A stretch of 59,465 nucleotides of DNA, filler included, from Malassezia furfur (taxonomy: Eukaryota): assembly GCA_052055015.1 (NCBI GenBank). It is 3 parts of 3 records of this genome, joined end to end, with 100 filler letters (N's around TTAATTAATTAA, not from the genome) between each part and the next. Parts side by side here need not be neighbours in the genome. Positions count along the whole stretch, not along the records: positions 19,951 to 39,768 come from JBQJIT010000183.1; 2 more parts are not named here. The stretch is one strand, 5' to 3'. The position numbers and the translations under genes were made by a program. This document shows positions 22,486-33,731 of this stretch, piece by piece. The notes beneath the pieces are model-generated. The model was given only the letters and a program-made list of their open reading frames with translations. It had not been told where the DNA came from and ran no database searches. The number at the start of each line of letters is the position of its first letter. Within the stretch, counting starts at the first letter, position 1.

Positions 22486-24054
22486 CTACGGCCGCCGCGC
22501 CTGCGCCGCCAACACGCGTCGTGCATAGGGGTGCTCGAGAATGCGCGGCTTGGTGCGGCGTACGGGCCGCCCACTCTGCGCGAGCTGCTCCCACTTTCGT
22601 GCGAGCGAGCAAATGGCGTCGCGGCGCAGCGCCAGCGCATCCGCACGCAGCTCCTGCACGCGGGGGAGTAGCGTCACGAGGAACAGGTAGAGCGGCAGCG
22701 CGACGTACGTATACAGCGCGCTTGGCGCGCGTGGCGGTGCCGGCGGCGCCCCCGTCTCGGGCTCGCCAAAGTCGTGCCGCGACCAGTGGATGCGCGGCAC
22801 CGCATCGCGCGTCGCGTCGTGCACAAAGCCCATCGCCTGCTCCTCGTCTGCAAGGCCATAGTATGCGAGCGCCTGCTCCCAGCGCGTCGGCGCCCACCAT
22901 GGGCCGACAGGCGCGCGCGACGGCAGGTGCGGCAGTTCCAGCACCGCCGCATCCGGGTCTGCGTCGGCAGCAGCGGTGTCGTGCGCGGCACGCTCGCCTG
23001 CGGGCGCGGACGCCGATGTCCCCGCAGGCCTTGGCGGTGTCCGACGCGCGCGCTGACGCGCATGCACCAGCATCACGCCGTGTACCACCGCGTACACGGC
23101 AAGCGCCGCGCCCGCACACCACCGGACGTACAGCGGCGCACGCAGCACAAAAAGCGACACGAGCACCACCATGCGCAGCACGAGCCCAAGAACGGTGCGT
23201 GCCGCGACGCCGACATCGACAGCGAACTCCCACGGGTCCTGTGCCTGTGCCGCCGCCGGCACACTGGGCGCCTGAGAACGCCACGTATGTGTGTCGTGCA
23301 GGTGTGCAATGGCCAGCAACGCATCGTTCAGAAAGCCGAGGCGCGCGTCAATCGCCGCTTGGCGCGCACGGACGTCGTCCGCCGACGCGGGTGGCGCCGC
23401 ACTCAGCTCGCGCAGCGGCGTCCACTGCATCACCTCGCGCTCGATAAAGGTCACAGCAGCGGTGCGCAGCGCGGCGTCGCCAAGTGCCTCTTCGATGGGC
23501 GCCCACGGCACGCCGACAGGCCGCACGAGCCGCGGCGCGCGCGCATCGCTGTGTATTGTGCGCGCCAATGCGTCGTAGTAGCACGCGTAGCAGGTATAGG
23601 TGATGGCGAGGGCGTGTGCCAGTGGCATGAGTTCGCTTGGCTTGACGCGCACGACAAACTCGCACAGCGGGTTGCTGCTCGGCGTGCGAAAGTAGCCCGA
23701 GGCCAGCAACGGCTCCATGGGCGGCGCTGCAGGCGGGTTCGGTGCGTCAGCCGCCGGCGCCGGCGGCGTCGCGGCGCGCTCCAATGCACCGGGGCGGATA
23801 GCAATGTGCAGCACGAGACGGTGCGCGTCGTCGCGCGGGAGCGTATTGAGGTGCACGTCATCGTCGAGTACCTGGCCGCGGTGAATGCACCGCACGCCGC
23901 GCGGGTCGAGCGTGTGCGGCTGCCACAGCGCGGGCAGGGCGTTCTTGACCTGCGCAATGGTCGATGTCTCGTCGCATGTGAGCGAGCGCGCCTGAGCGTC
24001 GCCCGGCTCGCGCAGCTCGACGTGGATCGGCGCGGGCGATGCGCCGAGCGGCAT
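22486..24054 (-). CDS. N-terminal ubiquitin-like domain membrane protein (Herp/Usa1-like)
   Basis: UBL pattern (TSTIAQVK...RCIHRGQVLDD...LHIAIR), two central TM helices, C-terminal LFLVTLLP. Confidence 0.55.
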   Translation of the reverse strand: MPLGASPAPIHVELREPGDAQARSLTCDETSTIAQVKNALPALWQPHTLDPRGVRCIHRGQVLDDDVHLNTLPRDDAHRLVLHIAIRPGALERAATPPAPAADAPNPPAAPPMEPLLASGYFRTPSSNPLCEFVVRVKPSELMPLAHALAITYTCYACYYDALARTIHSDARAPRLVRPVGVPWAPIEEALGDAALRTAAVTFIEREVMQWTPLRELSAAPPASADDVRARQAAIDARLGFLNDALLAIAHLHDTHTWRSQAPSVPAAAQAQDPWEFAVDVGVAARTVLGLVLRMVVLVSLFVLRAPLYVRWCAGAALAVYAVVHGVMLVHARQRARRTPPRPAGTSASAPAGERAAHDTAAADADPDAAVLELPHLPSRAPVGPWWAPTRWEQALAYYGLADEEQAMGFVHDATRDAVPRIHWSRHDFGEPETGAPPAPPRAPSALYTYVALPLYLFLVTLLPRVQELRADALALRRDAICSLARKWEQLAQSGRPVRRTKPRILEHPYARRVLAAQARRP

Positions 24055-24076
24055 GACGTGGAGGTTGCTCGGGGCG

Positions 24077-24773
24077 ATGAACGTATTTGAGGTGTGTGGG
24101 GTAGGCGCCTGACCGCAGGAGCAGCGGCTCTACCATACGAGCCAGGAACGCGAGAACTATGAGAGCATGGCGACACTGTTCAGTCTCATCTCGTGCCTGG
24201 ACTATCTTGAGCGCGCTTACGTGCGCGGGGCCGTGCTGGAAGAGGCGTATACACCCGCTTGTACGCGCCTCCTCGCGCAGTACAAAACGGTTATCAAGCT
24301 GATCACCGACCCCGAAAAGCCTGAACCTTTTCGCTTTGCAGACGTGGGCAGATTTATGCGGTATTATGATGTACGCTGCGCCTTTGCTAACGCAGATGGA
24401 CTATCCTGCGGCGGCGCATCGCCTCGCGCTCGGCGTCCCGGCGACCGTGGAGCACGCGAGCGGCGACGCGCCGAGTGCGACGCAGGCCCAGCTCGTCGCC
24501 GAGACGACGCAGTACTTCATCACGCTCATGGACGCACTCAAGCTCAAGATGCGCGCCAAGGACCAGCTGCATCCGCTGCTGAGCGACCTGCTCACTGCCT
24601 ATACCAAAGCCGGCGCGGACACCAGCGAGACGCGCGCCAAGCTCGTGCACTGGCTCATCACGCTCAACCAGCTCACCGCGAGTGAGGAGATGAGCGAGAC
24701 GGACGCGCGCGAGATGCTGTTTGACATTGAGCACGCCTACTCGACGTGGTTCCAGAGTTTGCAGGGTACATAG
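24077..24773 (+). CDS. VPS28: ESCRT-I subunit Vps28
   Basis: ERENYESMATLFSLI...LERAY...YTPACTRLLAQYK and FITLMDALKL...KDQLHPLL; introns 24092-24118 and 24371-24395. Confidence 0.93.
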
Positions 24774-24779
24774 AGCGCG

Positions 24780-27186
24780 CTACGACATGGGCAGCAGCGA
24801 GCCGAGCAGCAGGCCCGAGATGGGCAGCACGAGGTTGTCGTTCTGCTCGGAAATGCCCTCGATGGCGGACAGCAGCACCGCATTCAGCAGCACGTTGGGA
24901 AGGTAGAGCGGTTCGATCATGCGCACCAGGCGCAGCAGCAAAACGGCCGCGACGACGCTCACAAAGAAGGCAAGCGAGCCCTCCACGGTCTTGGCCGAGC
25001 GCGGCCAGTGCAGGCGACCGTAGCGGCGGCCCACGAGCGACGCACACGAGTCTCCCACGCCGAGCAGCACAACGCCATACTGCAGCAGGAGCGCTGAGCG
25101 CGTCTCGAGCCAGGTGGCCGCGGCGCATCCGGAGAGGAGGTACAAGTGGCTCAGAATGACGAGCCCCGAGTCCTTCGAGTCGAGGAACTGGCTGAGGAAA
25201 AAGTGCAGGCTGGCGCCCACGGGATACACGGCACAATAGCGCAAGTACTCGCCAAAGACGAACAGCGCAAACGCCGCTGCAAAGGCCAGGTGCATAAACG
25301 CAGGCTGGGGTCAGTGTCAGGTCACGTACGTCCCACGCCAGTCCAGGCACAAATAGGAGCACGGCGAGCATATGGAAAAACTTGCGGCGCACATTCACGT
25401 TCACCGCCAGCGCAGGACCCAGCGCCGTTGCCTCGTTGTCCGCGCGCGGCGCGGCGAGGCGCGACACGGCCGACGACGCCGCGCGCTGGCTGGCGGTGCG
25501 GTTGGGGGGCACTTGTGTCACCGAATCGCTGCGAGCCCCGCGGCGCTTGATTGCCTGGGCCTGCACCTGGTCGCCGACCGTGGCGTACTGCCAAACACGG
25601 TTCACCATGAGCTGCAGCGAGAGCAGCGCAATGTTGCACAGCACGCCCCAGTAGCCGAGCAGCGCCAGGCGCAGCCACCAGTACGGGCCCTGCAGCGTGA
25701 AGCGCGCAATGAACAGCCACGGGTTGCGCCGCCCTAGCATCCACCACACCCACGGTCCGAGCGTGCCAAAGACGATCAACGCCAGAAACACAAAGAAGCC
25801 GAGCGACAGCAGGCGGCGATGCAGGTTGCGCTTGTCCGGCCAGCGCAGGCGGTGCGTGGGACGCTGCGCCAGCACGCGCGACAGTGCCAGCAGCGGGCTC
25901 AGCACGAGGCCTACGAGCATCATGCCGACAATCAGCGCCAGCTGGTAGGCATACACGACGCTCGGCGTGCGGTACGCCACAATGAGCTCGGGCACGGGCG
26001 CCAACTTGTACATGGTGAGTATGATTGCCTCGAGAATTAGCGTCGTGTTAAAGGTGCACGCGATCGACAGCTCGCCCAGCGTAAAGTTCTGCCGTGCAAC
26101 GCGCGTCCATGCGTACAGCCCGAGCTGGAAGAGGATCGCGTCCACGGCGACCTGCGTGATGGTCAGGTCGCCCAGCAGCACCGACTTCCACCCGCAAAAG
26201 CTCAACACGCCCTTGAGCAGCGCAATGAGCGCCGTGACGCCCAGCGCAAAAGCAATGTAGTACGCAAACACCGTACCGCCCGGCATGTTTTCGATCTGGA
26301 GATGCAGGCCCTGGCGCTTGCTCTGCTTGCGATGCCACGTCGTGCCGAGGATGTGCAAACCAATGACCAGGCCAAACAGCGTGTACACGTCGAGCATCGC
26401 GCGCCGCCCTCGCACCACGTCCTCGGCGCTCTGCGGCACGCCGGGCATGGGCAAAAAGCCCGCACGCCACGGCGCGCCGGACGCCGTGCCAAACACGGCG
26501 GGCGCGAGCGGACGCGGCGGGTCGTGCGGCATGCCATCGGCCAGGTACACGCACGCGAGCAGTGGCATGAGCAGCATCGAGTACAGCGCGTCCGACATGT
26601 CCGTCTTGCGCAGGTAGCGCACGCGCGTCGCCCACACGGTACATGTCGCATTCAGGTGCGTCGCAAAACACAAAAAGCTCAGCGTGACCAGCAGGCCGAC
26701 CTCGGGCAGCTTGGCACGCACGTCGTCGCGGCCCAGCGCGCTCAGACGGTGCATAACCGCAACCGACGCGACGAGGAACAGCAACGCCTCGCAGAACGCA
26801 CGCAGGCGCGACTTGACCTCGATGCGTACGGGCACGCGCGCCCGCCGCGCGCGCGGCGCCGACGCATCCACCAGCTCCTGGTCGTCCACCGCCTGCTCGT
26901 CGGCGTCCGCGCGCATCAGCGCCAGGCCCGCGGGGGCTCCCTGGCGGCGCCCGGACGACCGCCGGCGCTCCGTCTTGCGCACATCACCCGAGCTCGCCAG
27001 ATCGCGCCGGCTGCCACGGGGACGCAAGGTACGCCCATGGTCGGTGAGCGCGTCGCAGCTTGCCTCGGCGTCGTTGCCGCTCTCGCCGTACTGTGCCGCA
27101 TCGGACCGCTGCCGTCCCGACACGGCGGGCGATGCCGCCTTCTTCTGGGAGCCACCTGGCGCTATGCCTGGGAGTACCGTCGGCAT
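24780..27186 (-). CDS. SEC59: Dolichol kinase
   Basis: RRKFFH, FLDSKDSG, ILSHLYLLSGC, GVGDSCASLVG, KTVEGS and QNDNL; intron 25329-25305; start codon uncertain. Confidence 0.9.
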
Positions 27187-27317
27187 ACGCTCGGACGCAG
27201 CGTACTCTACGCGGCCCGGCTGCCCCATGGAAGGTTTGCCTGGCCGTCGCCTGCCGTGGACACAAGCCCCAACGCACGCACCGCGCAATTAAATCCTATG
27301 GAGCCACGTGGCGCCCG

Positions 27318-28483
27318 TCAAAAGCGCGCCCGCTTGGGGCTGCGATCACCGTAGTCCGCCGCGGGGCGGCCGTAACCGCTCGTAGCCACGGCCCCGTCGC
27401 GGTCCTGGTACGCAGGACGCGCTCCAGCGCCACCAAAGCTACCACCAAAGCTGCCGCCGCGTTGGCCCTCGCGCACGAACCGCGGCCGCGCCGCGTCGCG
27501 CCCAGCATAACCGCGGTCGCGGTCGCGCTCAAACCCGCGGTCGCGCTCAAACCCGCGGTCGCGGTCGCGGTCACGCCCGCCGTAGCCACTGTCGCGCGCG
27601 CCGAAGCCGCCGTCGCGCATTCCGCCGCGTCCACGCCCACGGAACGACGCGCCGCCTCGTCCCCGTCCGCCTCCACGCATGCCGCCGCGCGCGTCTGGGT
27701 GAGTAGGTGCCACGTACATGCATCGGCCACCGCCTTGATCTTGGGCCGTCGCGACTGGCCGCCGAGCCCACCGCCCAGGCGCTTTGGCTTCCAGTCCTTG
27801 ACTGTGCGCCCACGCTCGACGTCGACCATGATGCGCCGGCCGTCGATGCGAACCCCCTCGGCGCGCGAGTATGCCGCTGGTGGTTAGCAGGATCCACGTA
27901 CTCCGCATATCGCGCTCGCGCTCAAATAGAATGAACGCGTAGCCCCGGCTCTTGCCGTCACGGTCACGCACGATTTCGATGCGCTCGATCGGGCCATATC
28001 GATCGAATTCGCGGCGCAGGTCGCGCTCGGTCGTGGCATAGGACTGGGTCAGTGCATAGACAACGTACGAGCCGTGCAAGAAAGAGCGTCTTGAATGGGT
28101 CGCCAACGGCATGGGTATCCTTTTTGGGGTCGTCTGCATCGTCAGTGGGTGTGGGACGCACATTCTGCGCGCATGCGCTTTTGGGTCTCAGCGCGCTGCT
28201 TCGCACGCTCTTCGCGGCGCATCTCCGTCTGCGTAACGAGCGCGTGGGTGTAGGTGGTGTCGTCCTCGGTCGTCTCGCCGCGGTCTGCGGCCTCCTGCCG
28301 GGCGCGCTCGAGGAACGCGGCGACGCCCTCGAGCGGGCGCACGCGGCCGTTCGCGATCTTGTTCGCGGTACGTCGCTGCGGAGGCGCGTTCCAGTCGCGG
28401 TCCGCGCGCAGCGGCGTCGCGTGCTCAAGCGGCGCGCGCGCGACAAACAGCCGCAGCATCTGCGGCGGCAGCAGATGGGTCAT
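27318..28483 (-). CDS. SNP1: U1 snRNP 70 kDa protein
   Basis: [25 protein letters not shown] and [26 protein letters not shown]-rich tail; introns 28161-28134, 28068-28044, 27901-27877 and 27717-27695. Confidence 0.92.
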
Positions 28484-28541
28484 GGTGGTTTCGGCCGAAA
28501 GTGATCGGCGGAGGCCACGACGCGCTTGCGCACGATCCACG

Positions 28542-29319
28542 ATGGCGTCGCAAGGCACCGGGTACGACCTGTCCGCGAGTACCTACTCGCCGGACGGGCG
28601 CATCTTCCAGATCGAGTACGCGACCAAGGCGGTCGAGAATGCGGGGACCGCGATCGGGATCCGCACCAAGGACGGCGTCGTGTTTGGCGTCGAGAACCTC
28701 GTGCACTCCAAGCTGCTTGTGCCCGGCTCGAACCGGCGCATCTTTACGGTGGCCGACCACGTCGGCATGGTACGTCGTGCAACACTCACACCAGACCTCT
28801 GCTGGACTCACCGCGGACGGCAAGCACCTCGCGGGCCGCGCGCGCGACGAGGCCGACAACTTCTTCGACAACTACAAGCAGGCGGTGCCGGTCAAGACGC
28901 TTGCGGAGCGCGTCGCACTGTATGTGCAAGCGTTCACGCTGTACTCTTCCGTGCGCCCATTCGGGATTGCGTCTATTCTCGGCGGCGTAGACCGCGAGCG
29001 CGGGCCCCAGCTCTTCGTCATCGAGCCGAGCGGCATGTTCTGGGGCTACCATGGGTGTGCCATCGGCAAGGGCAAACAGTTTGCCAAGACCGAGATCGAA
29101 AAACTCTCGCTGGATACCCTCTCGATGCGCGAGGCGGTCGAAGAGGTGGCACGCATCATTTACAAGGCGCACGACGACGCCAAGGACAAGGAGTTTGAGC
29201 TCCAGCTCTCCTGGATCGGGCCCGAGACCAATCTCGAGCACCAGCCGGTGCCGCGCGAGCTGCACGACGAGGCAGTGCGCAAGGCACAGCTTGCGCTGGA
29301 GGAAGAGATGGAGGATTAG
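28542..29319 (+). CDS. PRE10: 20S proteasome alpha-7 subunit
   Basis: [23 protein letters not shown] and [10 protein letters not shown]; intron 28770-28794. Confidence 0.95.
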
Positions 29320-29338
29320 GTCTATAGTACGTGGTGCG

Positions 29339-30610
29339 CTACCGGCTCTCCTCGTCCCGCACCACCAGGGACAGCAGCGTGCATAGAAACAGTTCCGAGG
29401 CCACCAACACCAACTCGAGCACCAGCACAATGACCTGGCTCGTGCGATACAACAAAAATGTGGGGATGGTCAGCTGCATCAACCGCAGTTTGAGCTCCAT
29501 CCGTAGATGCGTACGGAGTAGCAGGCGCAGCCACAGAGGGTAGGGCTGGCCCGCGTTCCGCGGTGGCTGTAGCGTCGCAAACATCCACACCAACAGCGGG
29601 CGCGGCAGGCACAGCAGCACCCAGTTCGCACGCGGCAGATCCTCGCAAGGTGAGGCACTTGCGTCTTTGCGGCTGATCGCGTGGCCGACGAGCTCGCGTG
29701 CGACGCCCACGACGCGCTCGCGCATCTCGGTCGAGCGCGGCGCAGAAGGCGATAAGAAGGGCGCGTGCAGCTCAAACGCCAGCTGCAGCGAAAGACGCAT
29801 AGGGCGTACCGTCCGTGGCCGTTCCTCCCACACGGGCACCGGTGGGCGCGGGCGGATGGTGTGCCGCACCTCGTACCCGAGCTCCTCGGCGTACGGCTCG
29901 CTAGACGCTTGGCCCAAAAACAGCCACTCGTTCGACGGCACGCGCCGCAGCCGGTCGCTGGCGTCCTCGATCTGATTCTGCAGGCGGTGCAGCAGGCTCT
30001 CCATCGCCTGGCGTTTGTCCATCGCCGGTGTGTTTATGTGGAAGGCAGCTCGCCGCGCATTGCGCGACTCATGGCGCCAGAACTGTCGCGAGCTCTGCCG
30101 CGTAAGCATCCGTTCGTCAAAGTAGACGTGGCGGTCGCTGGTCGATGGTTCGCCGTGCAGCGACTCGTCAAGCTCGCCCTCGACGCGGTCGTCGCACTCG
30201 GGCAGATCGTCATCGACCGTAAATGTCTTGCGTGCGGGCTGCTGCAGCAGCCGATGCGACTCGCGATCTAGCGAGGAAAGCAACATGCGCTCCAACTGCG
30301 CACGGGCATCGTTCACGGCCGAGGACGGTGCGGAGCGCTGTACCGCCACCTCGTGATCCTCGGCGTCCCGTGCACCATTGCCCGGCTTGCCCCCAGCCGA
30401 TGGCATGCTCGAATCGGACGCATTCTCGTCCGAAATCGACAGGCTGCTCGTGCCGCGCGCAATCACACCACTTGTGCTTGGCGTGGCGGCCGTCGCTGTA
30501 ACAAGCGCTGGGCTTGTCTGCTTCGTCGATGTCAAGAGACCAGGCATCCGCTGGGCACGCTTGCCGCGCCCGCCCCCGCCCGACCCCTTGTTCTTGGACT
30601 TCTTTGCCAT
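29339..30610 (-). CDS. Hypothetical protein with hydrophobic C-terminus
   Basis: Single ORF MAKKSKNK... that fills the space between neighbours; no family recognised. Confidence 0.6.
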   Translation of the reverse strand: MAKKSKNKGSGGGGRGKRAQRMPGLLTSTKQTSPALVTATAATPSTSGVIARGTSSLSISDENASDSSMPSAGGKPGNGARDAEDHEVAVQRSAPSSAVNDARAQLERMLLSSLDRESHRLLQQPARKTFTVDDDLPECDDRVEGELDESLHGEPSTSDRHVYFDERMLTRQSSRQFWRHESRNARRAAFHINTPAMDKRQAMESLLHRLQNQIEDASDRLRRVPSNEWLFLGQASSEPYAEELGYEVRHTIRPRPPVPVWEERPRTVRPMRLSLQLAFELHAPFLSPSAPRSTEMRERVVGVARELVGHAISRKDASASPCEDLPRANWVLLCLPRPLLVWMFATLQPPRNAGQPYPLWLRLLLRTHLRMELKLRLMQLTIPTFLLYRTSQVIVLVLELVLVASELFLCTLLSLVVRDEESR

Positions 30611-30698
30611 GGCACCGACCGAAACGGTGGACGCGTCCGGCACGCCGGGCTCCTTGCGCCAGAATCGGGCCCGATCGTGAGTCTACGCCCAATCTCTA

Positions 30699-32540
30699 TC
30701 AATCTGTGGGGAAAGGTGGAGGCGCCACCGCGTCCGGCGCGTCGCGCGCACTGGAAACGGGCGACCTAGACTCCGAACGCGCCACGCTTGGCGAGGCACC
30801 GGCGTCGACGGGTGTGCGCGGCGGCGACGCCACAAGGGAGGGTGTGCGCCCCACCCATTCCCATACGCGCTGCCACTCGCCGTGCCACTCCATCTGACGC
30901 GTCCGCACATTTGCGTTCTGCTCCACGACCCGGGCAACGCGCGCCCATTGCTGCCGCCGGGCGCGCGCATTGGGGTCTGTGTGAAGCAGCTCGTCTCGCA
31001 GATGGGTAGCAGGCACCTCACGGGGACCCTCGCCCGCAGCGTGCCGCGCCGCCTGCAGTTGCAAATGCTCATAGACCTGCTGCACCTGCAGCGCGACGTG
31101 CCGGTGCCGCAGCCGCGCCATACGCACGCGACGAACCAGAAGGTAGACCAGTGTGCACAAAATCACCACAAATGCCACACGGAAGCGGCTCTGCCACACG
31201 AGGTTGGCCACGTACAAACGGAGCCGGCAGCTGATCGGCGCCGCAACGCGTTCCGATGCAAACCACATCCTGTCCGATTGCGACAGCGGCACAAATTCGT
31301 CTTTTGCATGCTCTTCCAGTCCCGCGACAGCAATCGCCCATACCGACAAGAACGTGGCCGAGTCTACCACGTCGTCCGCCCGGTCGAGCAGCGCGGCTTG
31401 CACTTCTTGTGCTGGCACGGCATAACGGCCCAGGCGATGCTCCGGCGCGTGTGCGTACGGTGCAGCACGCCCACACAGCACTTGACCGTGCCAATGCGCA
31501 AGGTACTCGACTATCGCATCGGACAACTCGCTTGCGAGGATGAGCTTGTAGGTGTCTGGGACACACCGCGGCGCATGCCACGCAAACGGCATCAAGTACG
31601 ACACCACCGGGACTTGTGCAATTACAGGTGCCTCTGCAACGTATTCGCTGTCGCATGCTTGTAGTGCGCCGCCCGCACACATGCCATTCTCCGGACACGG
31701 GGTACAGGCGGGCGAGGAAAGCGTGCCACGTCCCACTGTGGTGCCATCGCAGAAGCCCACAACCGAGGTACGGTGGCAGTAGTAGATCCACAGGGCCGCT
31801 CCAGTCCACATGACCCAGCGCAGCAGTGAAGCGCGCCAGTTAGCCAGCGCCTCGCGTAGCGAGACGCCGGACCGGACCCCGGATGGCTGCTCGTGAGGCG
31901 ATGGCACCTTTTCTTTTTGGAAAGTGCGTGCACGAAGCCGCTGCACCTGCTCTGACGTGCGAGAGGGGGTATGGGCAAGCGTAGGAGCCTGCGACATCGT
32001 CGAGCTGGATGGTCGGTGCGGAGTAGTCGCCTCAATTTCGTCCGGCTTAGCTTCGGGACTCGGCGGCGCATGCTCATCCGACGGCAAACTGACCTCACGC
32101 ATTGTAGACTGTTCCACCTTGGTGGGCTGTTTTGGGGAAGTCCGAGTAGGTGCCGGCGGCGACATCGACGCTGAAGCACTGCGCTGGTCGAGCTGGAACA
32201 GATTTTCGTCGGCAAACTTGATTTCGGGCGTAGCCAATACGGGTTGATCCGCCCCGCTGTACCTGTGGGGGGTCCTAAGAGGTGTCCCCAAGCTCTCCCT
32301 TTGCGTTGGCTGCGACCTTCGCGGGGTGCCGACCCGCCGCGCCGGTGTGCGCTTCGACGGCGTCGCTGCATTCTCTTCTGAAGCGCCTAGTGTAGGGCGC
32401 ACGTACGCATTAAAAGCCTCGACGAGCTCTGCCTTGCGTGCACCACTTGGCACTGCAATTTCGTGCGCATGCAAGAGGCGGCGCAAGTCGGCGACACGTA
32501 GACTCGCCGCATCCACCGCGGCGTCCAAACGCGGGGCCAT
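30699..32540 (-). CDS. SRC1: Inner nuclear membrane HeH/LEM-MSC protein (Src1/Heh1/Man1)
   Basis: HeH motif LRVADLRRLL...ARKAELVEAFN; TM-GFC...CTPCPENGMC lumenal domain; C-terminal WARVARVVEQNANVR...VWEWVG. Confidence 0.88.
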   Translation of the reverse strand: MAPRLDAAVDAASLRVADLRRLLHAHEIAVPSGARKAELVEAFNAYVRPTLGASEENAATPSKRTPARRVGTPRRSQPTQRESLGTPLRTPHRYSGADQPVLATPEIKFADENLFQLDQRSASASMSPPAPTRTSPKQPTKVEQSTMREVSLPSDEHAPPSPEAKPDEIEATTPHRPSSSTMSQAPTLAHTPSRTSEQVQRLRARTFQKEKVPSPHEQPSGVRSGVSLREALANWRASLLRWVMWTGAALWIYYCHRTSVVGFCDGTTVGRGTLSSPACTPCPENGMCAGGALQACDSEYVAEAPVIAQVPVVSYLMPFAWHAPRCVPDTYKLILASELSDAIVEYLAHWHGQVLCGRAAPYAHAPEHRLGRYAVPAQEVQAALLDRADDVVDSATFLSVWAIAVAGLEEHAKDEFVPLSQSDRMWFASERVAAPISCRLRLYVANLVWQSRFRVAFVVILCTLVYLLVRRVRMARLRHRHVALQVQQVYEHLQLQAARHAAGEGPREVPATHLRDELLHTDPNARARRQQWARVARVVEQNANVRTRQMEWHGEWQRVWEWVGRTPSLVASPPRTPVDAGASPSVARSESRSPVSSARDAPDAVAPPPFPTD

Positions 32541-32559
32541 GGTGAGGTGGAGGTAGGTG

Positions 32560-33721
32560 CTACGAAGCCGCGCGCTGGGACCAGCGCAGGTACGGCGCCG
32601 GCGTGGGGCGGCCCAGCACTACAAAGGCATTGCGCAGAGGGTTGGCAAACTGAAACGGTGTTCGTCTCCGCTGTGCTTCTCGCTCTTTCTTGGCCGCTTC
32701 AGCCGGCTGCGTCACAAAGTCCGCCGGCACAAACCAAGACCGCACGGCGGCATTGCAACGCGTCATTTGGCGCAGGCACACATTCGTTTCGAAGCAATCG
32801 GTCGCACTCCGTGGCATATCATACAGCTGATCCATTGCTTCGAGGCGAATCTGCTCAACCGTGCTGCGGTTCTGGCATAGGAGCCAGGTGTGGTATGTCC
32901 ATAGGCACGCCACGGGTATCATCCAAATCAGCGCGATCCAGAAAAACGCCACACTCGCAGGCGATGTCTGCAGCGCATGAACAAAGCCGCGTTTGGCGTT
33001 GGGATCACGCGGCACGGCGAGGTAATAGAGGTGCAAAATGCATCCCACGAGTCCCACAAAGCACAGGCCAAGCATGTGGCAGAGCATGCCGTAAAAGGTG
33101 GTATAATTGCGTCGCCCAATGCATGTGTTTAAGAAGACGCAATGGTGGTCCAGGCCATCGACACAGTTGTCGCACGACCGACAGTGGCTACACCGGGGCG
33201 GTCGGTACACCTGGCATGCGGTGCACCAGCGGCTCAGGATGTCCACCTCGATGCCCTTTTCCGGTACACCACCGTGATCAACACGTCGCAAATGCACCGT
33301 GCGGTCTTTGGCGGGAGGGTACGGCTCCTCGCTCCCAAGCGGCGTGGTCGCCTGTGGCTCGCGCTCAGGATGCGGGTCCAAGTGCCGTGGGAGAATGCCA
33401 GGGTCACAGAAAGACGTCGCACTGCATCAGAATCCACACGTACATCATCGCCGCCAATGCGCTCATCCAAAAGTATGCCCCTAGAACAATCAGGGCGGGG
33501 CTCACATTCAGCCACAAGAATTTGGCCTGCCATACGAGCCACAGCGCAGGTCCTGCCAAGAGGAGCGTAAAGGAGATGACAATGATCCAAGGACTCTCTT
33601 TGGAGGTCTGCAGGTGCCCTCCCAGCAGGAACCATGTCTGTCCCTCGTGCGTACGGTACACACGCTGCAACTTGCTGGGAGTCGGCGGCGTCATCCTCCA
33701 TGCCGAAAGGAACCTCCACAT
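32560..33721 (-). CDS. ERF2: DHHC palmitoyltransferase (Erf2-like)
   Basis: DPGILPR, CTACQVYRPPRCSHCRSCDNCVDGLDHHCVFLNTCIGRRNY; intron 33443-33422. Confidence 0.88.
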
Positions 33722-33731
33722 GACTACGGCC

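Noticed and set aside
27510..27575. Short tandem repeat (GCGGTC units and an 18-bp duplication)
   Set aside because: Encodes the ordinary RD/RGFE low-complexity tail of U1-70K; not CRISPR-like or mobile.
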